A stretch of 63,995 bases of DNA, the filler included, from Acidimicrobiia bacterium (GTDB lineage Bacteria > Actinomycetota > Acidimicrobiia > Spongiisociales > CAZKJJ01), in the NCBI GenBank assembly GCA_046759765.1. It is 14 parts of 14 records of this genome, joined end to end, with 100 filler letters (N's around TTAATTAATTAA, not from the genome) between each part and the next. Parts side by side here need not be neighbours in the genome. Positions count along the whole stretch, not along the records: positions 37,783 to 42,289 come from JBHICV010000182.1; positions 42,390 to 46,774 come from JBHICV010000183.1; positions 46,875 to 51,239 come from JBHICV010000184.1; 11 more parts are not named here. The stretch is one strand, 5' to 3'. The position numbers were made by a program, and so were the translations under genes. Shown here in pieces: positions 40,921 through 51,339 of the stretch. The notes under the pieces were generated by a model. It did not search any database and had not been told where the DNA came from. It saw only the letters and a list, made by a program, of their open reading frames with translations. Positions within the stretch are counted from its first letter, which is position 1. Each line of letters starts with the position of its first letter.

Positions 40921-41577
40921 CTATGTCTGCAGCGCTTTCGTCGCAGCCAGCAGTTCCTCGTCCGTCGGGAACTTGCCGAAGCCGGCCGGTCCCTCCGTGG
41001 CGCACTCGATGCCGGCCCAGCGGACGATGCCGTTCAGATCCACTAGGAATTGTCCTTTGAGCTGGGGGAACTGTCGCTCGGAATCCTGTCGGTCGGTCTC
41101 ACTGGGCTTGAAACCATCCAATCGGTCGAGGGCTTCGTGCGCTTCGGAAATCGGGAGCGGCTCCCGTAGCTCGCCCGTCGGGTTGATTCGCGCGGCCTGA
41201 ACGGCCTGCATGAGTTCCGGCGTCATTGCGGGACGCGGCAGGCCGTATGCCCAGTGCGTGATCAACTCGGGGTCGGCAGCCAGGGGCAGGGGCGCGGGAC
41301 GAAACCGGAAGTAGAGCCGCGCATGCTGCGGGTTGGTGGCGACGATCCCGAGGGTCTCCACGCCCACGGCCTTGAGCTTTTCTCGGATCGAGCCCATTTT
41401 CGTGATGGCCCGCCGGCAGAAGGGGCAGTACACCCCGCGGAAGATGGCCAGGAGCAACGGGCTCTTGCCACGGTAGTCAGCCAGCGAGACGGTGCTCTCC
41501 CGCTCCACCGCTGGTAGGGTGAAGTCCGGGGCTGGCTCGCCCGGCTGCACTGGCGGTCGTGGTTCAACACTTGCCAT
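40921..41577 (-). CDS. AhpC/TSA (peroxiredoxin-like) redoxin
   Basis: G.PAPDF.LP....VSLADYRG, FRG.YCPFC, GQFLVD..GIVRW. Confidence 0.88.
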   Translation of the reverse strand: MASVEPRPPVQPGEPAPDFTLPAVERESTVSLADYRGKSPLLLAIFRGVYCPFCRRAITKMGSIREKLKAVGVETLGIVATNPQHARLYFRFRPAPLPLAADPELITHWAYGLPRPAMTPELMQAVQAARINPTGELREPLPISEAHEALDRLDGFKPSETDRQDSERQFPQLKGQFLVDLNGIVRWAGIECATEGPAGFGKFPTDEELLAATKALQT

Positions 41578-41620
41578 CTTGCAGTCTCCTTTTCCGTCGG
41601 GGTTGGGCTTGCTCTTCATG

Positions 41621-41775
41621 TCAGCAGCGCCCGTGCCAGCACTGCAGCTCCTCGTCGCTCGAAAATTGCTCCAAACCGACGAAGCCTCCCCAATTGTACT
41701 CGATGTTGGTCTGACGAACGATGCCGGCTCGTTCCATCAAGGATTGTCCTGCGACTGAGGAGCGGTCAAGCTCGC
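41621..41775 (-). pseudogene. Degenerate C-terminal remnant of a paralog of the adjacent redoxin
   Basis: GQSLMERAGIVRQTNIEYNWGGFVGLEQFSSDEELQ aligns without gaps to GQFLVDLNGIVRWAGIECATEGPAGFGKFPTDEELL. Confidence 0.7.
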
Positions 41776-41865
41776 GGAGCCGCCCACTTCGGCTCCTGTG
41801 TCGCATTCTGGACATTGACAGCACTTTGCCTGGCGCCCATAACAAGTGTATCAGGCGCAGCAGAA

Positions 41866-41895
41866 TTGACTTTTTCCGGGCTCCGCCCGTACAAT
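41866..41895 (+). promoter_or_regulatory. Sigma-70 promoter of recA
   Basis: TTGACT-N18-TACAAT. Confidence 0.6.
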
Positions 41896-41987
41896 GACAT
41901 AAGTCCTTGTAAGATCGAGTTTTTGCCATTGTTCGCAGGGTCGGCTCGCGAGGGGCGCTTCCCTCCGATCGTTCACGGGAGGCAGAC

Positions 41988-42289
41988 ATGGCTGAGGGAA
42001 AGAGTGACCGCCGTCAGGCGCTTGAGGTGGCGATCTCCCAGATCGAGCGGCAGTTCGGCAAAGGCGCCGTCATGCGCTTGGGGGCTCGCGGGGCGCTCGA
42101 CGAGGTGCCCGTCATTCCCACGGGCTCCCTGGCCCTGGATGTGGCCCTCGGAGTCGGTGGAATCCCGCGGGGGCGCGTGACGGAGATCTTCGGCCCGGAG
42201 TCGTCAGGGAAAACCACTCTGGCGCTCCACATCATCGCGGAGGCCCAGCGCCTCGGGGGGATCGCCGCATTCGTCGACGCCGAGCACGC
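41988..42289 (+). CDS. recA: Recombinase RecA, truncated
   Basis: [45 protein letters not shown]. Confidence 0.98.
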
Positions 42290-42389
42290 NNNNNNNNNNN
42301 NNNNNNNNNNNNNNNNNNNNNNNNNNNNNNNNNTTAATTAATTAANNNNNNNNNNNNNNNNNNNNNNNNNNNNNNNNNNNNNNNNNNNN

Positions 42390-42587
42390 AGAAGCGCCGC
42401 CCAAGCCGCTGCCCTCGACCACCTGGCCGAAGGCAGAACGTCGGTCAGAGCTGAAGTCGATGAGCTCCGACCTCCCCCACCCAACGACGAGCTTCTCGAA
42501 CTTGCCGCCATGGTGGCCCGACGGCGCGCTCAACGCGAGCGGCTCGAACGTCAACAGCCAGGGATCGAGCTAGGCCTGGGTCGGTGA
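42390..42587 (+). CDS. C-terminal tail of a probable MobF-type relaxase/helicase
   Basis: RSAAQAAALDHL...RERLERQQPGIELGLGR*; resembles actinobacterial relaxase tails, but no catalytic motif is visible. Confidence 0.4.
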   Translation, partial: RSAAQAAALDHLAEGRTSVRAEVDELRPPPPNDELLELAAMVARRRAQRERLERQQPGIELGLGR

Positions 42588-43012
42588 TGAAACCACAAAG
42601 CGCGGTTTATGGATCAGCGAGATAATGCCGGTTCGGTGTGGGTGTCGGCATTCGATCGCTGGTCGGTGTGCCGTTGTTATGAGCGGGCTGGCAGGAGTGA
42701 GCTGGCCTCTGCGGCTTTCAGTTTTGAGACCCTTTAGGGGGCTGAAGTAACAGGGCCGCCCTTCCGGAGAGTCAGTCACCGAGCCGGTGGAGCCACTTTG
42801 ATCCGAAGTCCTGGCCCGGCGGTGGGCGAGCGAATCAGAGTCGCGCGGCCTTCGAGTTCGTTGAACGGATGGACCTCGAAGGAGTCAACTGGCGGAGCTT
42901 GAGGGCGCGAAACGTTGCCGCCCGGAATGATGTAGCTGCCAGCAGGTCTCTTCCTATGCTTGGTCGCATCGGCGGGGGTCAGACGCGCCCCCCGGGGTCG
43001 AGGAGCCAGGGC

Positions 43013-44011
43013 TTGACCAGTATTAGAGATGTCGCGGCAGCGGCGGGAGTCGGCGTGGGGACCGTCTCCCGGGTTTTGAACGACAGCCCGCATGTGTCTC
43101 CCGAGACTCGAGTTCGTGTCGAGGCCGCTATCGCCCGTCTCGGTTATCAGCCCAACCTGACGGCCCGGGCCCTGTCGTTGGGCCGGTCGACATCGATCTG
43201 CGTGGTGGTGGCGCCGCTGGATGATCCGGGCGTGACCGAGCGCCTGGCGGGCGCCGTGGAGGTCCTCAGTAAGGGGCGGTTCGAGCTGGTCCTGTCGGTG
43301 GCGGAGAAGCCGGAGGACGTGGCTCGAATCGTCGATGGCCGGTCCTCGTTGGACCGCGCAGCAGGGATCCTGTTTCTCGGTGTGCCCGTCGCCGCCGAAG
43401 CTGCGGAGGGGTTGCTGGCAGCCGAGGTCCCGGCTGCTGTTAGCGGCTCGGTCCCCTCGATTCTGGCCGGCAGCTGGGCTGACGGGACGAGCGCCGTTCG
43501 GATGGCGACCGAGCACCTGATCGGGCTCGGCCACCGTGAGATCGCCCTGGTGCAGCACCAGGAGTCTGCCCATCCTGGACAGGCCCCCCGGCGGCAGGGT
43601 CATCTAGATGCTCTCCGTGCGGTGGGGGCGCGCCCGCGGATCGAGACGGACGTCGATCCGAAGGATCCCGCCCGCCGGAAACGGATAGAGCAGCTGATCT
43701 CTCCCTCGGGGGGGATCACCGCTGTGGCGACCACGTCCGACGATCTCGCCTACGCGGTTCTGGCCGGTGCCACCGCTGCGGGCTGCATCGTCCCGGACGA
43801 CGTGTCAGTCGTCGGAAGCGGAGATCTCGCCCCCTCCGCCTACGTCGGCCTCACCACAGTCCGGGAGGACCTATCCGCGTCGGCCGCATGGGCTGCCGAG
43901 CAGCTGCTGAGGATGATCGACGGCACCGTTTCTGAGCCAACCCGGATGGAGGTACAGCTAGAGCTGGTCGTGAGAGACATGACCGGGCCGCCGCCCCGTC
44001 CGGTCAGCTGA
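43013..44011 (+). CDS. LacI family transcriptional regulator
   Basis: TSIRDVAAAAGVGVGTVSRVLN, LGYQPN..AR.L, LGHR.IA, VPDDVSVVG; AGGAG RBS before TTG. Confidence 0.93.
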   Translation: MTSIRDVAAAAGVGVGTVSRVLNDSPHVSPETRVRVEAAIARLGYQPNLTARALSLGRSTSICVVVAPLDDPGVTERLAGAVEVLSKGRFELVLSVAEKPEDVARIVDGRSSLDRAAGILFLGVPVAAEAAEGLLAAEVPAAVSGSVPSILAGSWADGTSAVRMATEHLIGLGHREIALVQHQESAHPGQAPRRQGHLDALRAVGARPRIETDVDPKDPARRKRIEQLISPSGGITAVATTSDDLAYAVLAGATAAGCIVPDDVSVVGSGDLAPSAYVGLTTVREDLSASAAWAAEQLLRMIDGTVSEPTRMEVQLELVVRDMTGPPPRPVS

Positions 44012-44190
44012 GCCTCCCAAGCTCCTCCTCGACCGCTCGGTGGCCTGTGATATTCCGATGAACACTGGTGTAGCCGACCACCTGGGCGTCGTCGTCGCGT
44101 AGGGCATCGACGGAAACCTCGGCCAGGAACCGGGAGCATCCCTTTGTCGTGAGGATGATCTCGGCGTGCCAACGGCTATCAGCGAACGAC
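44004..44190 (-). pseudogene. PAS/PAC domain remnant
   Basis: W..EI....K..SRFLAEVSV.ALRDDD..VVGY.SVHRNIT..RAVEEEL; no upstream sensor or downstream output domain. Confidence 0.7.
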
Positions 44191-44492
44191 GAAGGACCGC
44201 CGCTAGCCCGAAGGCTCCAGGGACAACGGCGGCCCTTCATAACCATCAGATGTGGCTGCGGTTGGAGGGTACCGTCTTAGCCCTGGGAATGGTGTGGTGG
44301 GGTCGATCTCTACGTAAAGCGTCGTTCCTGCCGCCAGGGCGGCCCGGACTTCCATCAGGATCCGACACTGGTCGGCTGGTCGGCTTTTCGGCTTCCTTTT
44401 TCGACACGGAGCATCCGTTCCGAACGGGGAACCGACCGATAAGCACGATCGCACACTCGTTCGGTTTCACCGCATGTCACTGTGAGGGCGCT

Positions 44493-45392
44493 GTGAGCGC
44501 CCGGTTGACCGATCCTCGTGGACCCCCTGGAGACACTCCGCAGACAGGCAGCGGGCATGCTGTTGATGGCGCCTCAGAGCAGGTGACTGCGGCCACCAGC
44601 TTTTGCCGCCTCTGGCTGGGAACCGGCCCTTGGGAGACAGAAAAGAGGCCCACGATCCCAACGCTGAATGACGAGCCTGTACTCGTAGAGCAGATCGATG
44701 CCGAGATCAGCCGGGTTCTCGACGGGGGTGACTTCGCTATCTGGTACCTGCCCGTGTTCGATTTCGCCGCCTGGCTGACCGGCTCCCGCCGAGCGATGGG
44801 CCTGGAAGCGCTGGCCAGATTCCCCGATGGCCTCAGCCCAGCTGACGTCTTCCGGCGGGCCACCGCCACCGGACAGTCGCTTGCCCTGGAGTTGACAGCC
44901 ATGAAACGCGCAATCGGGGATCTGCCCCGCATCGATCCGGATCTCTACCTGAGTCTCAACGCCTCCCTCCCCACAGTCATGTCCGCCGGCTTCTACCAGC
45001 TGATCGAACAGACCCAACCAGATCGGATCGTGGTTGAGATCCCCGCACAACAGGTCACCGAAGCTGGCGCCCATACCGTCGACAGCCTCCAGCCGGTCAC
45101 CGAGTGGGGGATACGTCTGGCCATTGACGACACTTTGGCCAGTGTCGACGGGATGTATCCGCTCCTGCTGGCACATCCGCAGTTCATCAAGATCGACACA
45201 GCTGTCATCCGCGGGATCGACCAGGACCCGGCCCGACAACGGATCGTTGACACCATGGGCCGTCTGGCCGCCACCATCGATGCTGATCTGGTAGCCGAAG
45301 GAGTCCACAACGAGGGGCTGGTCGCACTCCTCACGGACCTGAAGGTCCCCTTCGGGCAAGGCTTCGGGCTCTCACAACCCCAAGCCATCTGA
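44493..45392 (+). CDS. Stand-alone EAL domain protein, possibly degenerate; start uncertain
   Basis: GLEALARF, LSLNAS, IVVEI, LAIDD, P.FIKID, VAEGV, GQGF.L..P. Confidence 0.85.
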   Translation: MSARLTDPRGPPGDTPQTGSGHAVDGASEQVTAATSFCRLWLGTGPWETEKRPTIPTLNDEPVLVEQIDAEISRVLDGGDFAIWYLPVFDFAAWLTGSRRAMGLEALARFPDGLSPADVFRRATATGQSLALELTAMKRAIGDLPRIDPDLYLSLNASLPTVMSAGFYQLIEQTQPDRIVVEIPAQQVTEAGAHTVDSLQPVTEWGIRLAIDDTLASVDGMYPLLLAHPQFIKIDTAVIRGIDQDPARQRIVDTMGRLAATIDADLVAEGVHNEGLVALLTDLKVPFGQGFGLSQPQAI

Positions 45393-46001
45393 GCGGAAAC
45401 GAAGCCGACAAGTCCTCGTACAAGACAGGCAGACCACTCCAAGGCACGACTCGGCGAACACCAACGGGTCGCCCCATCAGCCTATAACCGCACCGCCAAC
45501 ACCCTCCTTCCGCGGGAACAGCACCATCCACAGTGGGGTCAGTGACCTAAACTGCTAAGAGCGACCAACAACCTGCTCCACAATGCCGTTCCCGACGGGT
45601 CAATCCGACTGGGGAGAGCTCAGGTCGGCGTGATGATGAGCCGCTTTCAGTCGGCTCCGGAGTGTGCTGCCAGATAGAGGCAGATCCATTCCTACTGCCG
45701 AATTCGTGGGATTAATCGCCGCTGGAGCATCGGCCGGATCGCGCGGCGATAGCTGTCCGTGCCGATGCCGGAACACCCAAGCGGAGCAACGAGTCCATCT
45801 CTGGGCCCGATCGGCGACGAACGACCACGCTCCGTCTGACAGAATCATGACGCCAGGACCTTTGCTCATTAATCCATTCACGGGGATGCTGCAGAATGGG
45901 TCCGGTTGACACGCCTGACCCAAAGGAGGACACTGCCAGACAGTCGCCCATGGTGTGATGGGTTGGTCCCAGGGATGTGCTACCTCGTGACTCGCCACCT
46001 G

Positions 46002-46493
46002 ATGAACCGACGCGCTTGTGTCGCCGCGTATCTGCTTGCGTTCGTCCTCGTGGCGGCGGCGTGCGGCGCCGCCGAGGAACTCGACGAGATAACTGAGGAA
46101 AGAGAGTTTGTGATGATCGCCGGCCAGCTCAGGGAAGGATATGAGAGTTTTCCCTCTGAGTCCTCGGCCGGCTACGCCCATGAGGGCGAAGAGATTACCG
46201 CACCCGGTCCCACGGTCCGGGTAGGAGTGGGCGATCGAGTGACTATCACCTTTGAGAACGAGCATTACGTGGACGAGCGTGCCTACCCAGAGCCCCACAA
46301 CTTCGTGGTTGTGGCAGACAAGGACGACTACTTCGCGGAGCCTCTCTGGGAATCGAGAACACTCGCGATCAGCCCCGGCGAGTCTGACTCCGTCACCTTC
46401 ACCCCGGACGCCCCTGGGACCTACTACTACATCTGCTCTTTGGGGAATCACCGTGCTCGCGGCATGTGGGGACAATTCATCGTGGAGCCCTAG
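46002..46493 (+). CDS. Plastocyanin/azurin-type blue copper lipoprotein
   Basis: Lipobox AAAC; PHNF and GTYYYICSLGNHRARGM type-1 copper ligands (H, C, H, M). Confidence 0.9.
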   Translation: MNRRACVAAYLLAFVLVAAACGAAEELDEITEEREFVMIAGQLREGYESFPSESSAGYAHEGEEITAPGPTVRVGVGDRVTITFENEHYVDERAYPEPHNFVVVADKDDYFAEPLWESRTLAISPGESDSVTFTPDAPGTYYYICSLGNHRARGMWGQFIVEP

Positions 46494-46661
46494 CGCCCAG
46501 AGATGACGGGTATACGTGCTAACGCCTGGAAGTATGGCCCCTATTCTCGACCCGCCCCTCTGCTGGGCCGCTCACGGGATCAGGTCGCAGAAGCGGAACG
46601 AACACTCGACACCTATCGCTGAAACGCTGTCATTCGATCTGAGGCCACTCACTCTGCCACG

Positions 46662-46689
46662 GTCACCCATAACACCCGCTATGCGCCAT
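46662..46689 (-). repeat. dif-like site, reverse orientation
   Basis: Minus strand reads ATGGCGCATAG-CGGGTG-TTATGGGTGAC, an exact 11-6-11 layout. Confidence 0.6.
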
Positions 46690-47094
46690 AACGCTCAGAT
46701 CGGGAAGTGCGCAAGATCGGAACATCACGTGCGGGCGCGAAGGTCAAGGGCGGCTTCCGGTCCGAATGCCGGTTNNNNNNNNNNNNNNNNNNNNNNNNNN
46801 NNNNNNNNNNNNNNNNNNTTAATTAATTAANNNNNNNNNNNNNNNNNNNNNNNNNNNNNNNNNNNNNNNNNNNNCCTGGTGGCGGCTGCACTGGGGTGGT
46901 GGATAGTCACGGCAATACTTGCCCTGTCGATCCTCGCGCATGGTCTGCTCTGGGTCTGGCTCTACCAGCAGGCCGAGACCGGCGCCCCGAGAGAGGAGGG
47001 CAGTCGGAACCTGCATGACGAGACACCCGAGGTCTAAACTTCCCGCTCGGGTGGCTGTTCCGCTTCCCCTGTACCACTCGTAGGAGGATTCATC

Positions 47095-48270
47095 TTGGAA
47101 GGAAGATCAAGAACCTGGCTCTGGGTGGGGATTGGCGGGGCCGTCGTCCTCGTCATCGTCCTATTCATTGTGTTCACCGGGGGTGAGGAGGCACCCACTA
47201 CCACCCCCGTTGCTCAGCCCGCGACTACGCAAGCTCCGCCTGAGACAACTGCTCCGCCAGCGACCACCGCGCCGCCCGAGACGACCGTGCCCATGATCGG
47301 TGAAGGTCGGGTGGTCGGCATGGCCTACGACATAGGTGGCCGAGGCGACAAGTCGTTCAACGACCTGGCCGCGCTGGCCTGGGACACAGGTATGGAGCAG
47401 TACGGCTATATGGGCGAAGAGCTAACCCCGACAGCAGGGGGCGAGAACCGCGAGGAAAACCTTCGCTTGCTGGCTGAGACGGGGCATGAGTGGATCCTGG
47501 CCAACGGATTCGCTTTCGCCCAGAACGTTTTCCGGGTGGCGACCGAGTTCCCTGAGGTCTTTTTCGCCATAACCGACGCCTGCCCGGCGGATGAGGCCTT
47601 CGCCACAGTCGATATGCCCAACGTGGCTTGCCTGCTGTTCGCCGAACACGAAGGATCCTTCCTGGTCGGGGCAATCGCCGGCCTCAAGACCGAGACCAAC
47701 GACATCGGCTTCATTGGCGGCGTCGACGTACCACTCATCCGGAAGTTCCAAGCGGGCTTCGAAGCCGGAGTGCGGCACGTGAACCCCATCGCGGCCATCT
47801 CCGACACCTACCTGACGCAGCCGCCCGACTTCAGCGGGTTCAACGACCCGGCGAAAGGAAACGAAGCTGCGCGTGCGATGTTGGAGGGCAACGCTGACAT
47901 CGTCTATCACGCGGCGGGTGGCTCGGGAACGGGCATGTTCGAGGCTATCAAGGAGCACGCCGAGGCCACAGGTAGGACGGTCTGGGGCATCGGCGTCGAT
48001 GCGGACCAGTTCAACACGGTGGGCGAGGATCTGCAGCCCTGGGTTCTGACGTCGATGCTGAAGCGAGTGGATGTAGCCGTGTTCGGCGCGATCACAGAGT
48101 TCCTGCAGGGCAACTTCGTGTCCGGAGCGAACATCTTCGACCTTTCCCGCGACGGGGTCGGCTACTCGCAGACCGGCGGTTTCGTAGACGACATCTCCGA
48201 TGAGATCGACGCCCTGAAAGTCCAGATAATCAACGGAACTATCGTCGTGCCGGAGACCCTGGAGGGCTGA
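47095..48270 (+). CDS. BMP family ABC substrate-binding protein (nucleoside-type)
   Basis: GGRGDKSFN, F.EHEGSFLVG, IGFIGG, AAGGSG.G, IGVD.DQ, TSMLKRVD. Confidence 0.93.
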   Translation: MEGRSRTWLWVGIGGAVVLVIVLFIVFTGGEEAPTTTPVAQPATTQAPPETTAPPATTAPPETTVPMIGEGRVVGMAYDIGGRGDKSFNDLAALAWDTGMEQYGYMGEELTPTAGGENREENLRLLAETGHEWILANGFAFAQNVFRVATEFPEVFFAITDACPADEAFATVDMPNVACLLFAEHEGSFLVGAIAGLKTETNDIGFIGGVDVPLIRKFQAGFEAGVRHVNPIAAISDTYLTQPPDFSGFNDPAKGNEAARAMLEGNADIVYHAAGGSGTGMFEAIKEHAEATGRTVWGIGVDADQFNTVGEDLQPWVLTSMLKRVDVAVFGAITEFLQGNFVSGANIFDLSRDGVGYSQTGGFVDDISDEIDALKVQIINGTIVVPETLEG

Positions 48271-48293
48271 AAGCTCAGGCCGCTGCTAGCTTG

Positions 48294-48323
48294 ACCGGGC
48301 CCGGGGTTTCCCTCGGGCCCGGC
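48294..48323 (+). terminator. Intergenic hairpin after the BMP gene
   Basis: CCGGGCCCGGGG-tttc-CCTCGGGCCCGG. Confidence 0.55.
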
Positions 48324-48340
48324 TTCATTTGGGAGACCTG

Positions 48341-49864
48341 GTGGGAGAAACGCCCGCGGTCGAACTGGATGGGATCACCAAGCGATTCCCCGGCGTGATC
48401 GCCAACCACAACGTCCGGCTCTCCGTCGAAACGGGTGAGGTTCACGCGGTCGTGGGCGAGAACGGCGCCGGCAAGTCCACCCTGATGAAGATCCTTTACG
48501 GGATGCAGGCGCCTGACGAAGGGACGATCCACGTCGACGGCCAGGCCGTCAGATTCCGAACCCCGAAGGACGCGATCGCCGTTGGCATCGGCATGGTCCA
48601 CCAGCACTTCATGCTGTCCGACAACCTGACGGTCCTCGAGAACGTGGTTCTGGGGCTCGAGCCCCGGGCGGGTCTCGAGATCGGCTTCGCCGAGGCCCGC
48701 CGGCGTATATCGGACCTCGGAACTACGTACGGCCTAGAACTCGACCCCGATGCACTGGTCGAAACCCTCTCGGTGGGGGAGCGGCAGCGGGTCGAGATCA
48801 TCAAAGTTCTGTATCGGGGCGCGCGCATCCTGATTCTCGACGAACCCACATCGGTGCTCGTCCCGCAGGAGGTCGAAGAGCTGTTCGCTTCCCTGCGGGA
48901 GCTCAAGGCTGAAGGGGTGACGGTCATCTTCATCTCCCACAAACTCGATGAGGTCTTGGCGGTGGCAGATCGAATCACCGTGCTCAGAGACGGACGAACG
49001 GTCGGGACGGTCCTGCCGGCGGACGTCGACGCTCGTCAGCTGGCGGAGATGATGATCGGCTCCCAGCTCCCCACCCCGGATACCCGCGAGTCCACGGTCA
49101 CCGACACCGTCGAGCTGTCGGTGGAGGGCCTCGGCGTCAAAGACGACGAGGGCAGATGGATAGTGCAGGACGTCAGCTTCGAGATCCGTCGGGGTGAGGT
49201 CGTCGGCATCGCGGGCGTCGAGGGCAACGGCCAGGCTCCATTAGTCGAGGCACTGGTGGGGCTGCGACCGCTTACCGAGGGAAAGCTGGTGGTCGGGGGA
49301 GAGGATGTCTCGGCTCGAGATGCTCGGAAACGCCGGGAAGGAGGCTTCGGCCTGATACCGGACGACCGACAGCGATTCGGACTTCTCTTGCCTTCTGCCC
49401 TCTGGGAAAACGCCATGCTGGGCCATCAGACGGTTCAGCCCTTCTCCAACGGATGGTGGGTCAACCGTCCGGGGGCCCGCGCCCGTACGCGAGAGGTGAT
49501 GGAGGCCTTCGACGTCCGCTCGCCGACCGAGGACACGGCTGCGGTCGCTCTCTCCGGCGGTAACCAACAGAAGCTCATCGTGGGCAGGGAGATGCTCGCC
49601 GGCCCTCGTGTCCTGATCGCTTCTCAACCGACACGAGGCATCGATGTGGGCGCTCAGGCCGCGGTCTGGGATGAGCTCCGAAAGGCGCGGGCGGCTGGGA
49701 TGGCGATCCTGCTCATCTCGGCCGATCTCGAGGAATTGATCGGATTGTCGGACACACTGCACGTGATCCTCAGGGGACGTCTGGTTGCCCAACTGGATCC
49801 GGCTCTGGTGACTCCGGAGGAACTCGGCAGCTACATGACCGGCGCAGCTCTGGAAGCCTCGTGA
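48341..49864 (+). CDS. ABC transporter ATP-binding protein (two NBDs, NupA-like)
   Basis: GENGAGKST, GMVHQHF, LSVGERQR, LSGGNQQK, QPTRG.D. Confidence 0.95.
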   Translation: MGETPAVELDGITKRFPGVIANHNVRLSVETGEVHAVVGENGAGKSTLMKILYGMQAPDEGTIHVDGQAVRFRTPKDAIAVGIGMVHQHFMLSDNLTVLENVVLGLEPRAGLEIGFAEARRRISDLGTTYGLELDPDALVETLSVGERQRVEIIKVLYRGARILILDEPTSVLVPQEVEELFASLRELKAEGVTVIFISHKLDEVLAVADRITVLRDGRTVGTVLPADVDARQLAEMMIGSQLPTPDTRESTVTDTVELSVEGLGVKDDEGRWIVQDVSFEIRRGEVVGIAGVEGNGQAPLVEALVGLRPLTEGKLVVGGEDVSARDARKRREGGFGLIPDDRQRFGLLLPSALWENAMLGHQTVQPFSNGWWVNRPGARARTREVMEAFDVRSPTEDTAAVALSGGNQQKLIVGREMLAGPRVLIASQPTRGIDVGAQAAVWDELRKARAAGMAILLISADLEELIGLSDTLHVILRGRLVAQLDPALVTPEELGSYMTGAALEAS

Positions 49865-50976
49865 GCGCTCGCCGTCTGTTCTGGAATTTCGCCGCCGCCG
49901 TCGCGGCTCTGATCTTCGCCTTCGGTGTGGCGGCGGTGGCGCTGACACTGGTCGGGCTCGATCCTGTCTTCGCGTTCAAGGAGATGGCGAACTTCGCCGC
50001 CAGCGTGGCTTCCTTCATCTCGATCATCAACCGAGCAACGCCGCTGTTCGTGTCGGCGATCGCGGTGGCAATCGGGTTCAAGATGGGTCTCTTCAACATC
50101 GGAGTTGAGGGGCAGTACCTCCTGGCTGCCCTGTTCGCGGCCTACCTGGGAGCCCAGGTGACGCTGTGGGCGCCGCTCCACGTCGTGTTCATCTTGGCCA
50201 TAGCCATGGTGGTGGGCGCGCTGTGGGCGGGGATCGCGGGCGCGCTGAAAGTGGCCAGAGGGATCCACGAGGTCATCTCCACGATCATGCTCAACTTCAT
50301 GGCCATCGGGCTGTCCGCCTACTTTTTCATCAACTTTTTCAGAGAAGACCCGGCGGCTCTCAACCTCTTCACCGCCCCCATTCCGCCTTCGGGCTGGCTC
50401 CCCTCTCTCAACCCGGTCCTCGAACGGCTTGGATTCGAGGTGCCGGGAAGCCAGAACCTCACGTCGTTCGCGCTCATCGCAATCTTGATCGGCGTCTTCT
50501 ACTACCTGCTCGTGTGGCGAACGAGGTTTGGGTATGACCTGAGAGCCAGCGGGATCAATGCCTTTGCCGCCCAGACCAGCGGCGTCGATCGAAACCAGAT
50601 GGTGCTAAAGACCATGCTCCTGAGCGGTGCCATGGCCGGCTTGGTCGGCATGTCCCCCCTTCTCAGCTTTCAACACCAGTACGTCAGCGACTTCCCAGTC
50701 CAGCTCGGCTTCACGGGCATCGCGGTGGCGCTGGTGGGCCGCAATCATCCGGTTGGGATCGCCCTGGCGGCCTTGCTCTTCGGCCTGATGGACCGTTCGG
50801 CATTGATTCTCGACGTCCGCGGGATTCCGCGAGAGATCATCGTGATAATCCAGGGAACCGTGGTGCTGGCGGTGGTCGTGGCCTATGAGGTCGTTACCAG
50901 AATCGTCGAACGCCAGGAGGTCCGTGCTGCGGCCCGGGCGACCGGTGAGCTGGATGAGGAGGAGCTGGCCGCATGA
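49861..50976 (+). CDS. ABC transporter permease (NupB-like)
   Basis: [35 protein letters not shown]. Confidence 0.93.
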   Translation: MSARRLFWNFAAAVAALIFAFGVAAVALTLVGLDPVFAFKEMANFAASVASFISIINRATPLFVSAIAVAIGFKMGLFNIGVEGQYLLAALFAAYLGAQVTLWAPLHVVFILAIAMVVGALWAGIAGALKVARGIHEVISTIMLNFMAIGLSAYFFINFFREDPAALNLFTAPIPPSGWLPSLNPVLERLGFEVPGSQNLTSFALIAILIGVFYYLLVWRTRFGYDLRASGINAFAAQTSGVDRNQMVLKTMLLSGAMAGLVGMSPLLSFQHQYVSDFPVQLGFTGIAVALVGRNHPVGIALAALLFGLMDRSALILDVRGIPREIIVIIQGTVVLAVVVAYEVVTRIVERQEVRAAARATGELDEEELAA

Positions 50977-51239
50977 CCGCCACCCTTACCTGGCTTGACT
51001 CTCGTTCCAAGCGAACTCAAACCACGCTGTACGCGTTGAGTCTTGGCCTTGGTGCCGTGCTCCTTGCTTCCATCGTCGAGGAAATCGCCGCTACCGACGA
51101 TCTGGTGTCGAGCAGTACGACCGGAGCCACCTTTCGCCTCGCGGTTCCCATCATGCTGGCCGGGCTCGGCGCCCTTTACTCGGAGCGCTCGGGCGTCATC
51201 AACATCGGGCTGGAGGGAATGATGATCGCCGGCACCTGG
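50973..51239 (+). CDS. ABC transporter permease (NupC-like), truncated
   Basis: [15 protein letters not shown]. Confidence 0.9.
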
Positions 51240-51339
51240 NNNNNNNNNNNNNNNNNNNNNNNNNNNNNNNNNNNNNNNNNNNNTTAATTAATTAANNNNN
51301 NNNNNNNNNNNNNNNNNNNNNNNNNNNNNNNNNNNNNNN

